From NCBI GenBank assembly GCA_035341815.1, contig DAOQVZ010000005.1, positions 1 through 42,041 of the forward strand: a stretch of DNA of 42,041 nucleotides. Direction: 5' to 3'. The stretch comes from a bacterium (GTDB taxonomy: Bacteria > Ratteibacteria > UBA8468 > B48-G9 > JAFGKM01). The notes under the pieces are model-generated. The model was not told the DNA's origin and searched no databases. It worked only from the letters and a program-made list of their open reading frames with translations. Positions within the stretch are counted from its first letter, which is position 1. Each line of letters starts with the position of its first letter. The translations under genes and the position numbers were made by a program. This document shows, one piece after another, positions 1 to 7,415 of the stretch.

Positions 1-415
1 CCTTGATTGTCTTGCTCATGGACTTAAGATTATCCACAACGGTTTTCACTGCCTTTTCGATGCCTCTTCTGAGGTGCACCGGGTTGGCTCCCGCGGCCAC
101 ATTCTTAAAACCTTCCCTTGCCATTGAAAGGGCAAGAATCGAAGCGGATGTAGTCCCGTCTCCCGCAACATCGTTTGTCTTTGAAGCTACTTCCCTGAGA
201 AGCTGCGCTCCGAGATTAAGATTGGGGTCTTCCAGCTCAATTTCCTTGGCTATAGTTACTCCGTCATTTATAACGGAAGGGGACCCGAACTTTTTTTCCA
301 GCACAGCACATCTTCCCTTGGGCCCCAAAGTCGGCCTCAAGGCATCAGCCATAATCTCCATTCCCTCCAGAATCTTTCTACGTGCTTCTTCTCCAAGCAG
401 TATCTGTTTTCCCAT
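1..415 (-). CDS. groEL: Chaperonin GroEL, N-terminal part (gene runs off the left edge)
   Basis: Reverse translation from the ATG at 415-413 gives [35 protein letters not shown]...[15 protein letters not shown]...[13 protein letters not shown], the canonical GroEL N-terminus. A GGGAGG RBS lies just upstream and the gene is 12 nt downstream of groES. Confidence 0.95.
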   Translation of the reverse strand, partial: MGKQILLGEEARRKILEGMEIMADALRPTLGPKGRCAVLEKKFGSPSVINDGVTIAKEIELEDPNLNLGAQLLREVASKTNDVAGDGTTSASILALSMAREGFKNVAAGANPVHLRRGIEKAVKTVVDNLKSMSKTIK

Positions 416-427
416 AGTTTTCCTCCC

Positions 428-730
428 TTATTTTTCATCAACAACCGCAAGGACGTCTTCTTCCCTTAAAATCATGTACTCCACATTGTCTATCGTTATT
501 TCCGTTCCTGCATACTTTCCGTACAAAATCTTGTCTCCCACCTTAACTTCCATTGCCATCGGCTTTCCGTTCTCGTCGGTCTTTCCTTTCCCTACTGCTA
601 CCACTTTGCCTTCCTGAGGTTTTTCCTTGGCAGTATCGGGGAGAATGATCCCTCCCTTTGTTTTCTCTACTGCTTCAAGAGGTTCAACTACTAACCTGTC
701 TCCAAGCGGTCTCAATTTCAACTTTCCCAT
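428..730 (-). CDS. groES: Co-chaperonin GroES
   Basis: 100-aa ORF with [12 protein letters not shown]...[22 protein letters not shown]...[17 protein letters not shown], typical Cpn10. AAGGAGGG RBS upstream; followed by groEL. Confidence 0.97.
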   Translation of the reverse strand: MGKLKLRPLGDRLVVEPLEAVEKTKGGIILPDTAKEKPQEGKVVAVGKGKTDENGKPMAMEVKVGDKILYGKYAGTEITIDNVEYMILREEDVLAVVDEK

Positions 731-777
731 ATATCCCTCCTTTAAATAGTTTTTTATATTATTGAACCAGGTAAAAA

Positions 778-802
778 ATTGAAAATTCTATGGTTTTTCA
801 AT
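778..802. promoter_or_regulatory. Inverted repeat ATTGAAAA-N9-TTTTCAAT between the groES promoter and its RBS (candidate operator, not CIRCE)
   Basis: Perfect 8-bp arms at 778-785 and 795-802 with a 9-nt spacer. It lies just downstream of the predicted -10 of the minus-strand groESL promoter. Confidence 0.45.
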
Positions 803-811
803 AGACTATAA

Positions 812-839
812 ATTATACCCGCAAAAAAAAATCTGTCAA
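812..839 (-). promoter_or_regulatory. Sigma-70-type promoter for groES-groEL
   Basis: On the minus strand: TTGACA (839-834), 16-nt spacer, TATAAT (817-812). It is about 80 nt upstream of the groES ATG. Confidence 0.6.
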
Positions 840-907
840 TAGTAAGGAAATGGTGGAAACAAATGGCGCCGGAGAAAAAGAAATATTGGAAAAAGGCGGT
901 TTTTCTG

Positions 908-1141
908 TCAGGCGTCCGTTTTAGAAAGCTCTTTGACCTTTTCTTCCAGTTCTTTTATCTTCTCAAGAAGCTTTTCCTTCTGCCCCCTCTTTTTCAGGCT
1001 GCTCATCCTGACACATATTCCCAGCGAAATAAGCGTAATGACAATCCCTATGCACCAAACAAGGTTATTCCTGGCAACAAAATCTGCGCCAAAACTCAGC
1101 AAAATACCCATCAGAAGTATTATAAATACCCAGATAAGCAT
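908..1141 (-). CDS. Small membrane protein (two hydrophobic segments plus a charged coiled-coil-like tail), function unknown
   Basis: 77-aa ORF with a strong RBS (AAGGAGGGG) 4-5 nt upstream of the ATG. It starts 24 nt downstream of cysK on the same strand. N-terminus is hydrophobic (MLIWVFIILLMGILLSF...IGIVITLISLGI); C-terminus is KE-rich. Confidence 0.6.
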   Translation of the reverse strand: MLIWVFIILLMGILLSFGADFVARNNLVWCIGIVITLISLGICVRMSSLKKRGQKEKLLEKIKELEEKVKELSKTDA

Positions 1142-1165
1142 GTCCCCTCCTTATTATTGACAGCA

Positions 1166-2095
1166 TCAGGTATTTCCGAAAAGCCACGTGGAAAGATACC
1201 TTTCTCCCGTATCGGGAAGTATAACCACTATCATTTTATTACTGTTACCGGTTCTCTTTCCGACTTCCATGGCAGCCCATAAAGCCGCTCCGCTTGAAAT
1301 CCCCGCAAGGATACCCTCTTTTTTTGCAAGAAGGTGGGCTGTTTCCCCTGCGTCTTCTTCTTTTACCATTATGACTTCATCTATAATATCCCTGTTCAAA
1401 ACAGCGGGAACGAATCCCGCCCCTATGCCCTGTATCTTGTGAGACCCGGGTTCTCCGCCCGACAAAACGGGTGAGTTTTCAGGTTCCACGGCTATTGAAA
1501 TGAAAGAAGGTTTTCTTTTCTTTATGACTTCAGAAATGCCTGTGATAGTCCCGCCTGTACCTACTCCAGCCACCAGAATATCCACCTTCCCTTCGGTATC
1601 TTTCCATATCTCTTCGGCAGTGGTTCTTCTGTGAACTTCAGGGTTTGCCGGATTGTTGAACTGCTGAAGGAGAATACTGCCCGGGGTAGTTTTTGCCAGC
1701 AGTTCCGCACGCTCTATCGCCCCCTTCATGCCCTTTGTCCCCTCAGTAAGAATTATCTCTGCCCCGAGAAATTCCATGAGCTTCCTTCTTTCAACAGACA
1801 TTGTTTCCGGCATGGTAATAATAAGCTTATACCCTTTTACGGCAGCCACGAAAGCAAGCCCTATACCCGTATTGCCGCTTGTCGGCTCGATTATAACGCC
1901 TCCCTTTTTTAGTTTCCCTTTAACCTCTGCGTCCTCAACCATAGCGAGGCCTATGCGGTCCTTGACACAGCCGAGAGGGTTAAAAGATTCTATTTTACCC
2001 AGTATCACCGCATCCAGACCTGCGGATATCCGCGACAGCCTGACCAGCGGGGTATTGCCCACAGTCTTTGTAATGTCCTCGTATATCTTTCCCAT
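1166..2095 (-). CDS. cysK: Cysteine synthase A / O-acetylserine sulfhydrylase (PLP-dependent)
   Basis: 309 aa with TPLVRL...[11 protein letters not shown]...[14 protein letters not shown]...[10 protein letters not shown]...SSGAA, the CysK/CysM family signature layout. GGAGGA RBS. Confidence 0.93.
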   Translation of the reverse strand: MGKIYEDITKTVGNTPLVRLSRISAGLDAVILGKIESFNPLGCVKDRIGLAMVEDAEVKGKLKKGGVIIEPTSGNTGIGLAFVAAVKGYKLIITMPETMSVERRKLMEFLGAEIILTEGTKGMKGAIERAELLAKTTPGSILLQQFNNPANPEVHRRTTAEEIWKDTEGKVDILVAGVGTGGTITGISEVIKKRKPSFISIAVEPENSPVLSGGEPGSHKIQGIGAGFVPAVLNRDIIDEVIMVKEEDAGETAHLLAKKEGILAGISSGAALWAAMEVGKRTGNSNKMIVVILPDTGERYLSTWLFGNT

Positions 2096-2149
2096 ATTTC
2101 TTCCTCCTGCTTCTATATTAAACCGATTTTAAAAAAAGTCAATGTTTTA

Positions 2150-2158
2150 TGCTATAAT
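2150..2158 (+). promoter_or_regulatory. Extended -10 promoter element TGCTATAAT upstream of the acetolactate decarboxylase gene
   Basis: TGnTATAAT at 2150-2158 in the cysK/budA divergent intergenic region. No good -35. It overlaps the first ATG of the long ORF (2159), which argues for a downstream start. Confidence 0.35.
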
Positions 2159-2212
2159 ATGTTCTGCCAGTTTTTCTTTTGCTGTAAATGCAGCGGTGCC
2201 ATGGAGGGAAAA

Positions 2213-2947
2213 ATGAGACACTACAAACCTTTGTTGTTTATATTTTTTCTTCTCATCTCGACCTTTTCTTTTGCCGCGGACAGAAAACAGGATACCCTTT
2301 TCCAGGTATCCACCATAAACGCCCTGTTTGACGGGGTATTCGAGGGAGAAATAAGCTTCAGCGAACTCAGGAAACACGGCAACTTCGGAATGGGGACGGT
2401 ATCGGGACTTGACGGGGAGATGGTCGCTCTCGACGGAAGGTTTTACAAGATAGGCTATGACGGAAAAGCTGTCATCATACCCGGTTCGGTCCTGGCGCCA
2501 TTTGCCATGGTGACTTTTTTCAGCCCCGACAGGAAAGCCGTACTCGGGAAAACTGACAGTTTCAAGCATCTTGAACAGCAGATAGACGCCATGCTGCCCT
2601 CCGGGAATATATTTCACGCCATAAAAATAGATGGAACCTTCAGGTACATAAAGACAAGAAGCGTAGAAAAACAAAAGCCCCCCTACCCGAAACTTGCCGA
2701 TGTCATAGCAAAACAGTCCGTGTTCGAATTCAGCGATGTAAAGGGAACAATAGTGGGATTCAGATGTCCTTCATATATCGGGGGAACAAACCTCGCAGGG
2801 TACCACTTTCACTTTATCACGGCAGACAGAAAAAGCGGGGGACACTTGCTCGAATGTTCAATGGAAGGCGTCAGTGCGCAGATAGACTACACGGAAAATT
2901 TCTACCTCGTGCTTCCCAAAAACTCATCCTTCCTGAATATGCCCTGA
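2213..2947 (+). CDS. budA: Alpha-acetolactate decarboxylase with an N-terminal hydrophobic signal-like segment
   Basis: LFQVSTINALFDGVFEGEISFSELRKHGNFGMGT...LDGEMVALDGRFYKI...GYHFHFI is the ALDC family pattern. Start chosen at ATG 2213 (GGAGGG RBS 5 nt upstream) rather than ORF-track 2159; 2201 is also possible. Confidence 0.88.
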   Translation: MRHYKPLLFIFFLLISTFSFAADRKQDTLFQVSTINALFDGVFEGEISFSELRKHGNFGMGTVSGLDGEMVALDGRFYKIGYDGKAVIIPGSVLAPFAMVTFFSPDRKAVLGKTDSFKHLEQQIDAMLPSGNIFHAIKIDGTFRYIKTRSVEKQKPPYPKLADVIAKQSVFEFSDVKGTIVGFRCPSYIGGTNLAGYHFHFITADRKSGGHLLECSMEGVSAQIDYTENFYLVLPKNSSFLNMP

Positions 2948-3019
2948 AAAAACTCCTGCCGGAATATACACTGCAAGCCAGCGGATTTATCCGCCGTAGC
3001 TCGTTTGCCAGAGCGCAGG

Positions 3020-3111
3020 CGGAGGGGGTGGGATTCGAACCCACGGTACGGCCTTTTGACCGTACAACGGATTAGCAATCCGCCGCATTAGGCCAGCTAT
3101 GCTACCCCTCC
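3020..3111 (-). tRNA. tRNA-Ser (anticodon GCU), class II with long variable arm
   Basis: Hand-folded cloverleaf: acceptor GGAGGGG/CCCCTCC, D stem GCAT/ATGC, anticodon stem GCGGA/TCCGT with loop TTGCTAA. Variable arm is ~22 nt with GTACGG/CCGTAC pairing; T arm is GTGGG-TTCGAAT-CCCAC; discriminator G. CCA is not encoded. Confidence 0.9.
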
Positions 3112-3119
3112 GTTTTCAA

Positions 3120-3473
3120 TTATTCTCTATCTGCTTTCATCTCACGCAGTATTTTTTCAATTAGTGGTTTGATTTCCGGAAGATTTTTTATTATGACATT
3201 CCACACAATTTCGTAATCTATCCCAAAATAAAAATGTGCAATCTTGTCCCTTATTCTTGCCATATACTTCCATGGCACTTCTTTGTATTTTTCCCGTATT
3301 GCTTCAGGTAGATTTTTTGCAGCTTCTCCTATCACCTGTATCTGCCAGACCACCGCACTTTTTGTTTTTTCATTTCCACAGAATTCTTCAAAAGACATAC
3401 CGTCTCTGAATTCATCAATATTCTCTATTGCTTTAAGAATATCCTTAACAAAGAGACTGTAATCCCTTGTCAT
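3120..3473 (-). CDS. hepT: HepT-like HEPN (DUF86) ribonuclease toxin
   Basis: 117 aa with RIRDKIAHFYFGIDYEIVW (the R-X4-H HEPN motif). Its ATG overlaps the upstream MNT stop by 4 nt (ATGA), a typical TA arrangement. Confidence 0.88.
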   Translation of the reverse strand: MTRDYSLFVKDILKAIENIDEFRDGMSFEEFCGNEKTKSAVVWQIQVIGEAAKNLPEAIREKYKEVPWKYMARIRDKIAHFYFGIDYEIVWNVIIKNLPEIKPLIEKILREMKADRE

Positions 3474-3766
3474 ATATAGATTACCTCTTTTTCAACAGTG
3501 TCCTTCAATTCTTCCCTTATGGCGCTCTTCCTCACAAGGTCAACTTTCGTATGCATAAGCCCTTTAAGGTAATCCTCCAAATCAATAAGATGGAACACAT
3601 CCGGTGTTTTTTTAAATTCAACAAGTATATCCACATCGCTTGTTTTCCTCTGTTCTCCCCTCGCAAAAGAACCGAATATTCCTATTTCTTTAACCTTATA
3701 TTTATTCTGAATTTCATCCTTATGCACCAAGAGTATCTTCCGCATTTCCTCTAAAGTTTTCTTCAT
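3470..3766 (-). CDS. mntA: MNT-type nucleotidyltransferase antitoxin
   Basis: GIFGSFARGEQRKTSDVDILVEF is the GS-X9-10-D-X-D minimal nucleotidyltransferase motif. Start set at MKKTLEEM (ATG 3766-3764), because the longer ORF-track start (3793) reads into the duplicated tRNA fragment. Confidence 0.85.
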   Translation of the reverse strand: MKKTLEEMRKILLVHKDEIQNKYKVKEIGIFGSFARGEQRKTSDVDILVEFKKTPDVFHLIDLEDYLKGLMHTKVDLVRKSAIREELKDTVEKEVIYI

Positions 3767-3774
3767 TATCTTTC

Positions 3775-3818
3775 GATTAGCAATCCGCCGCATTAGGCCA
3801 GCTATGCTACCCCTCCGT
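3775..3818 (-). repeat. Perfect 44-bp copy of 3070-3113, equal to tRNA-Ser nt 1-42 plus 2 leader nt (orphan 5' tRNA fragment)
   Basis: Base-by-base comparison: gattagcaatccgccgcattaggccagctatgctacccctccgt is identical at both sites (offset 705 bp). The match breaks on the 3' side of the anticodon loop. Confidence 0.95.
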
Positions 3819-3833
3819 ATGAACAGCCCCTAT

Positions 3834-3862
3834 ATTATAACCCCAAATGCTCATACGTTCAA
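3834..3862 (-). promoter_or_regulatory. Near-consensus promoter immediately upstream of the tRNA fragment (probable original tRNA-Ser promoter)
   Basis: Minus strand: TTGAAC (3862-3857), 17-nt spacer, TATAAT (3839-3834). The predicted TSS is ~10 nt upstream of the fragment's first tRNA nucleotide (3816). Confidence 0.6.
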
Positions 3863-3966
3863 CAGAAAAAGGACAGATTGAGAAGGAAAGGCAAAATATC
3901 CATAAGGGAAGAGGTCAATTTTGCACTATGCTCTAATGATACTTCGCAAGTCAGTCTTCCGCATTT

Positions 3967-5610
3967 TCACTTGTTGATTTTTAACAGATCCGGCCGGTAA
4001 TAATCCCCGTGTCCAGGGAAAATCAAAGCTGATTTTCTCTTCTTTTGCAGTCTGTCGTCCAAAGACAAAACCATGTTTTTCAGAGATTCGCTTTCTTCCC
4101 TGAAAATCTGGCTGTTGGTATTGGTACTTGTCATCAGATACCTATTCACGCTGAGGATATCTTTCTCCTCGGACGAAAGACTTTCCAGGTTAATCAGGTA
4201 ATCGGCAGTAAATAATAGTCCGTAATCTCTGTTAAGAAAAAATACCTGGCCCGGTATATGTCCGCCGTGGCTTTCCAGTACCAAAAACTTAATGCTTCCA
4301 ACCTGAAAAGAGCCTATTACGTTGAAATCTTCTTCTCTTCCTATCGGGGAAGCCGGGAAAAAATTGATTCTTTCCGGGTACTTGCATTTTGTAAATCCGT
4401 TGACAAGTTTCGTAAAACATTTGTTCAATTCCAGTAATTTGGTATTGGTTCCAAACGCCCTGTTTTCGTTATCTACAACTCCCCTGCTTGCCGGATGCAT
4501 GAATACCATTGCACCGAATTCTTCCGCAAAATATCCGGCAGTACCTACGTGGTCTGCATCGCAGTGGGATACAAATATCCTTTTAATCCTGGAAGGATTC
4601 ATGGATTTGCTCCTCAAGAGAGCTTTGATTCCCTCGTAGTATAACCCGAAACCTCCGTCGAACATAACTATTTCATCTTCCGACTGGAAAACAAATATGT
4701 TTTCGGTCGTCGGCAGGCGAAAAGAAAAGAGCCTGGTTTTATCTCCAAATTCCAGAATAGGCAGTTCTTTAACATGGAAATTTTGTCCCGTCATGCGAAC
4801 AGATATGGAGGCAAGGGACAGGACTTTTTCGAAAACCTCGCTTTTTTCGAGGTTGTTGCCCAGTTCAGAATAAAAATTCACAAGGTCAGAACAGAGTTCC
4901 CTGGATGATTCAACCGCTGTCCTCAATTCTTTCTGGTCCCAGCCGGGAAGTGTCTTCCTGAGATTAAGGAAAAACTTTTCTATCAGATTAAGACCAATGA
5001 TGTGTTCGATCTTCTCCTGTTCATTTCCCCTGTAGATAATCCTGTAGTTATAACCCTTGCTGTTTATATCGCTCAATAATCCGTATATCCCGGAACTGTT
5101 TTCCGTAGCCAGTGCTATATCGGCAGATTCCGTGTCAATATCTTCATCGTAAAGCATGTATATCACGTTGGCATGGTGGTCCGTCAGAACCGAGGTAAAA
5201 GCAGCCAGCGAACCCGGCCGGTTTATCAGCCTGACCTTTATTTCAAGAACGCTTTCGGGCGTGGTGATATACACCTCATCTCTATAATCATCCTTTTTCT
5301 GGAAGTTGTAACCGCTTTCTGTAAGTGACTTTAGAAGCGCATCGAGGCAGCAACGATTTTTCATCTGGACTTCAACAACTACCCGGTTGGAATGCATGGA
5401 ACGGTCATAGTGGAAGAAAACTATATTGCCATTATTCGCGGCGACCAGAGAAGAAAGAGCCAGCAGGGAGCCGGGTTTATCTTCAAGAGAGACGCAAAAC
5501 TTGACACGCAGATTTCTATCCTTTTTTCCACTGCTCGTTCCCTGTATCTCTATGGGACTGTATATTTTAACGGGAAGCATATCGGAATCATAAACTGTTT
5601 TGTTCTTCAT
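3967..5610 (-). CDS. Tandem ACT-domain protein fused to an MBL-fold metallo-hydrolase domain
   Basis: 547 aa with two ACT-like segments (VSLEDKPGSLLALSSLVAANNGNI; VRLINRPGSLAAFTSVLTDHHANV). The C-terminal half carries VSHCDADHVGTAGYF, an MBL motif-2-like H-x-D-x-D-H variant, and a later HGGH. Confidence 0.75.
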   Translation of the reverse strand: MKNKTVYDSDMLPVKIYSPIEIQGTSSGKKDRNLRVKFCVSLEDKPGSLLALSSLVAANNGNIVFFHYDRSMHSNRVVVEVQMKNRCCLDALLKSLTESGYNFQKKDDYRDEVYITTPESVLEIKVRLINRPGSLAAFTSVLTDHHANVIYMLYDEDIDTESADIALATENSSGIYGLLSDINSKGYNYRIIYRGNEQEKIEHIIGLNLIEKFFLNLRKTLPGWDQKELRTAVESSRELCSDLVNFYSELGNNLEKSEVFEKVLSLASISVRMTGQNFHVKELPILEFGDKTRLFSFRLPTTENIFVFQSEDEIVMFDGGFGLYYEGIKALLRSKSMNPSRIKRIFVSHCDADHVGTAGYFAEEFGAMVFMHPASRGVVDNENRAFGTNTKLLELNKCFTKLVNGFTKCKYPERINFFPASPIGREEDFNVIGSFQVGSIKFLVLESHGGHIPGQVFFLNRDYGLLFTADYLINLESLSSEEKDILSVNRYLMTSTNTNSQIFREESESLKNMVLSLDDRLQKKRKSALIFPGHGDYYRPDLLKINK

Positions 5611-5786
5611 TTTTTAAAACCATGGAGTAGAAAGCGACTTTTAATACAGTACCTGTTTTGAACCATATTTAATTTCTGTATATTTTGACTGATAGGAACA
5701 ATCTTGTCAAGGTTCTAATCACACAGATTCAAGAAAGCCCTGCAACAATTTTTTATGTATTTCCGTTTCCCCGTACGACAGGAAAA

Positions 5787-6569
5787 TCAGATATTTTCAG
5801 CTACCCACCGCGCTTCATCTGAACTCAATTCCTGTTTCATGTAGGAACCCAGCAGGTGGAACCCTTCTATCCGCCCGGTCCGAACATATTCTTGGGCTCG
5901 CTTCAACTGGAATTGAAGGAGGTCCAGAGGAAGAGGCATTGGCACGCGGTGGCGGGCTTCCCCATAGTTGTGGAGATAAAGCCCCAGGTGTATCTGTTTT
6001 CCCGGGAAAAGACGTTCGGCAGCCTGCAGGTATTCGTCCAGTTTCACAAGGTCAGCTGATTTCCAGACCCAGAGGTTAATAATGTCGATACAGGGGAGAT
6101 ATGATGAGAAATCCAGGTCTAAATGCATGGTGTAAACAACCGCTGTCAGCCGCAAAGATGCGTTGGCAGATTTGAGCGCTTCATAGGTTTCCTTCATTGC
6201 TTTGGCAGTCATCCGTCCTTTCTTCAGAGCCGTGCTGAAATCGTCAACAATACCTCCCACAACATTGGGGAAGGAGACAGATAGTCTGCTGAAAGCCCCG
6301 GCCTTTTTATCCTGCTGCTCCATATCCTTTAGAAATAAAGGGTCGCCAATGTTGCAGATTACTTGATTGAACTGTGACAGCCCCTGTAAAAGCTGGGGTT
6401 CATGATTTCCCGGATGAAAGAAAACAATGTTGCGGACATGGAAGAAATCTGCCAGTTCAGAAGGGGAAGAAAACAGTTCCCTTTGGGTTGCAGACTTGCG
6501 GCTTATTTCCCCGATGTAAGCCGGGCTGAGCGCCCAACACCATGCTTTATCAATATTACTACCCGCCAT
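5787..6569 (-). CDS. Hypothetical protein, no motif recognised
   Basis: 260-aa ORF with a strong RBS (GAGGAGG) and coding-like composition. I cannot assign a family from the sequence. Confidence 0.6.
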   Translation of the reverse strand: MAGSNIDKAWCWALSPAYIGEISRKSATQRELFSSPSELADFFHVRNIVFFHPGNHEPQLLQGLSQFNQVICNIGDPLFLKDMEQQDKKAGAFSRLSVSFPNVVGGIVDDFSTALKKGRMTAKAMKETYEALKSANASLRLTAVVYTMHLDLDFSSYLPCIDIINLWVWKSADLVKLDEYLQAAERLFPGKQIHLGLYLHNYGEARHRVPMPLPLDLLQFQLKRAQEYVRTGRIEGFHLLGSYMKQELSSDEARWVAENI

Positions 6570-6671
6570 GATTAACCTCCTCGTATTTTACCATAACCCC
6601 CGCATCTATAAGAACAGGAAGATGCAGCTTCCGATTCTGCTGCAGGGAAGCTTGAACCCCCGGGGATTTGT

Positions 6672-7220
6672 TCAGGTCTTTGCCAGCCACTGCCCGGTAG
6701 ATTTGAGTATTTTTAGTTTCATGTCCAGGTTCTGCCGGCGGATTTCAACCATATCCACCACGTTGAAACCACAGGTGTTCAGTATCTTCTGCAAATTGAA
6801 TGAACACGCGGGCGCTCCCCCTCCTCCGCCGCCGGCAACACAAATGCCAAGAGCTGCCTTGCGGGCAATGCCCTGTTTGCCTTTGTCATGCATCGTGGTG
6901 CGCCTGAGACGGTCAAGGAAAGCCTTCATGCTTTCACTGAGGTCTGCGAAATAGACAGGCGTGGCAAAAACAACAATATCGGACTGCCTGATTTTATCAA
7001 CCAGAAAAGGGAAGTCATCATCAATCATGCACCGTCCTTCACCAAGGCAGATACCCCAACCGTCATCATTACACTGCCTGCATCTCCCGATGCTCTTTTG
7101 TGGCAGAAATACTTTTTCCGCTTGAACTGTACCGCTTTTCAGACCTTCAATCAATGCTTCAGCCGCACTGGCTGTCTGCCCTTTTGGATTGCGGCTTCCA
7201 AGAATAATGAAAGCTTTCAT
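6672..7220 (-). CDS. Flavodoxin-fold NAD(P)H-dependent FMN reductase / iron-sulfur flavoprotein-like protein
   Basis: 182 aa with MKAFIILGSRNPKGQT...VFATPVYFADLSE (FMN_red-type fold) and a Cys cluster, CRQC-X7-C-X5-C, that could ligate an Fe-S centre. GGGAGG RBS. Confidence 0.75.
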   Translation of the reverse strand: MKAFIILGSRNPKGQTASAAEALIEGLKSGTVQAEKVFLPQKSIGRCRQCNDDGWGICLGEGRCMIDDDFPFLVDKIRQSDIVVFATPVYFADLSESMKAFLDRLRRTTMHDKGKQGIARKAALGICVAGGGGGGAPACSFNLQKILNTCGFNVVDMVEIRRQNLDMKLKILKSTGQWLAKT

Positions 7221-7288
7221 TTTATCCTCCCGGTCATATAAATATATTTATTCCCCGACACAGGCTGCCACGACAGTTGACCTGCGCT

Positions 7289-7306
7289 CTGACGCATCTG
7301 CGTCAG
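7289..7306. promoter_or_regulatory. Perfect palindrome CTGACGCA-TC-TGCGTCAG in a divergent intergenic region (candidate dimeric TF site)
   Basis: 8-bp perfect arms with a 2-nt centre, between the flavoprotein gene (-) and the DUF72 gene (+). Confidence 0.3.
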
Positions 7307-7415
7307 TCAATATTTTATTCTCTCCGCAAGAAAAGTCAATATCACGAATTGCCTATCCGGAAACCTTCAGCCTGTTAAGGGTTTATAATGAAGAAAGATA
7401 TGTTAAAATAATACC

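Noticed and set aside
3-617. 204-aa plus-strand ORF at the left edge
   Set aside because: It lies antisense to the clearly recognisable groEL N-terminus and groES. The sequence is low-complexity (S/L/P-rich) with no RBS.
731-907. Search for a canonical CIRCE/HrcA operator upstream of groES
   Set aside because: No TTAGCACTC-N9-GAGTGCTAA-like sequence is present. Only the unrelated ATTGAAAA-N9-TTTTCAAT repeat is there, and it is reported separately.
2147-2674. 175-aa minus-strand ORF
   Set aside because: Antisense to the acetolactate decarboxylase gene, which has strong family motifs. No independent support.
3767-3793. N-terminal extension (MRRIANRKI) of the MNT ORF
   Set aside because: The extension is simply a read-through of the duplicated tRNA fragment. 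The MKKTLEEM start gives a normal-length MNT.
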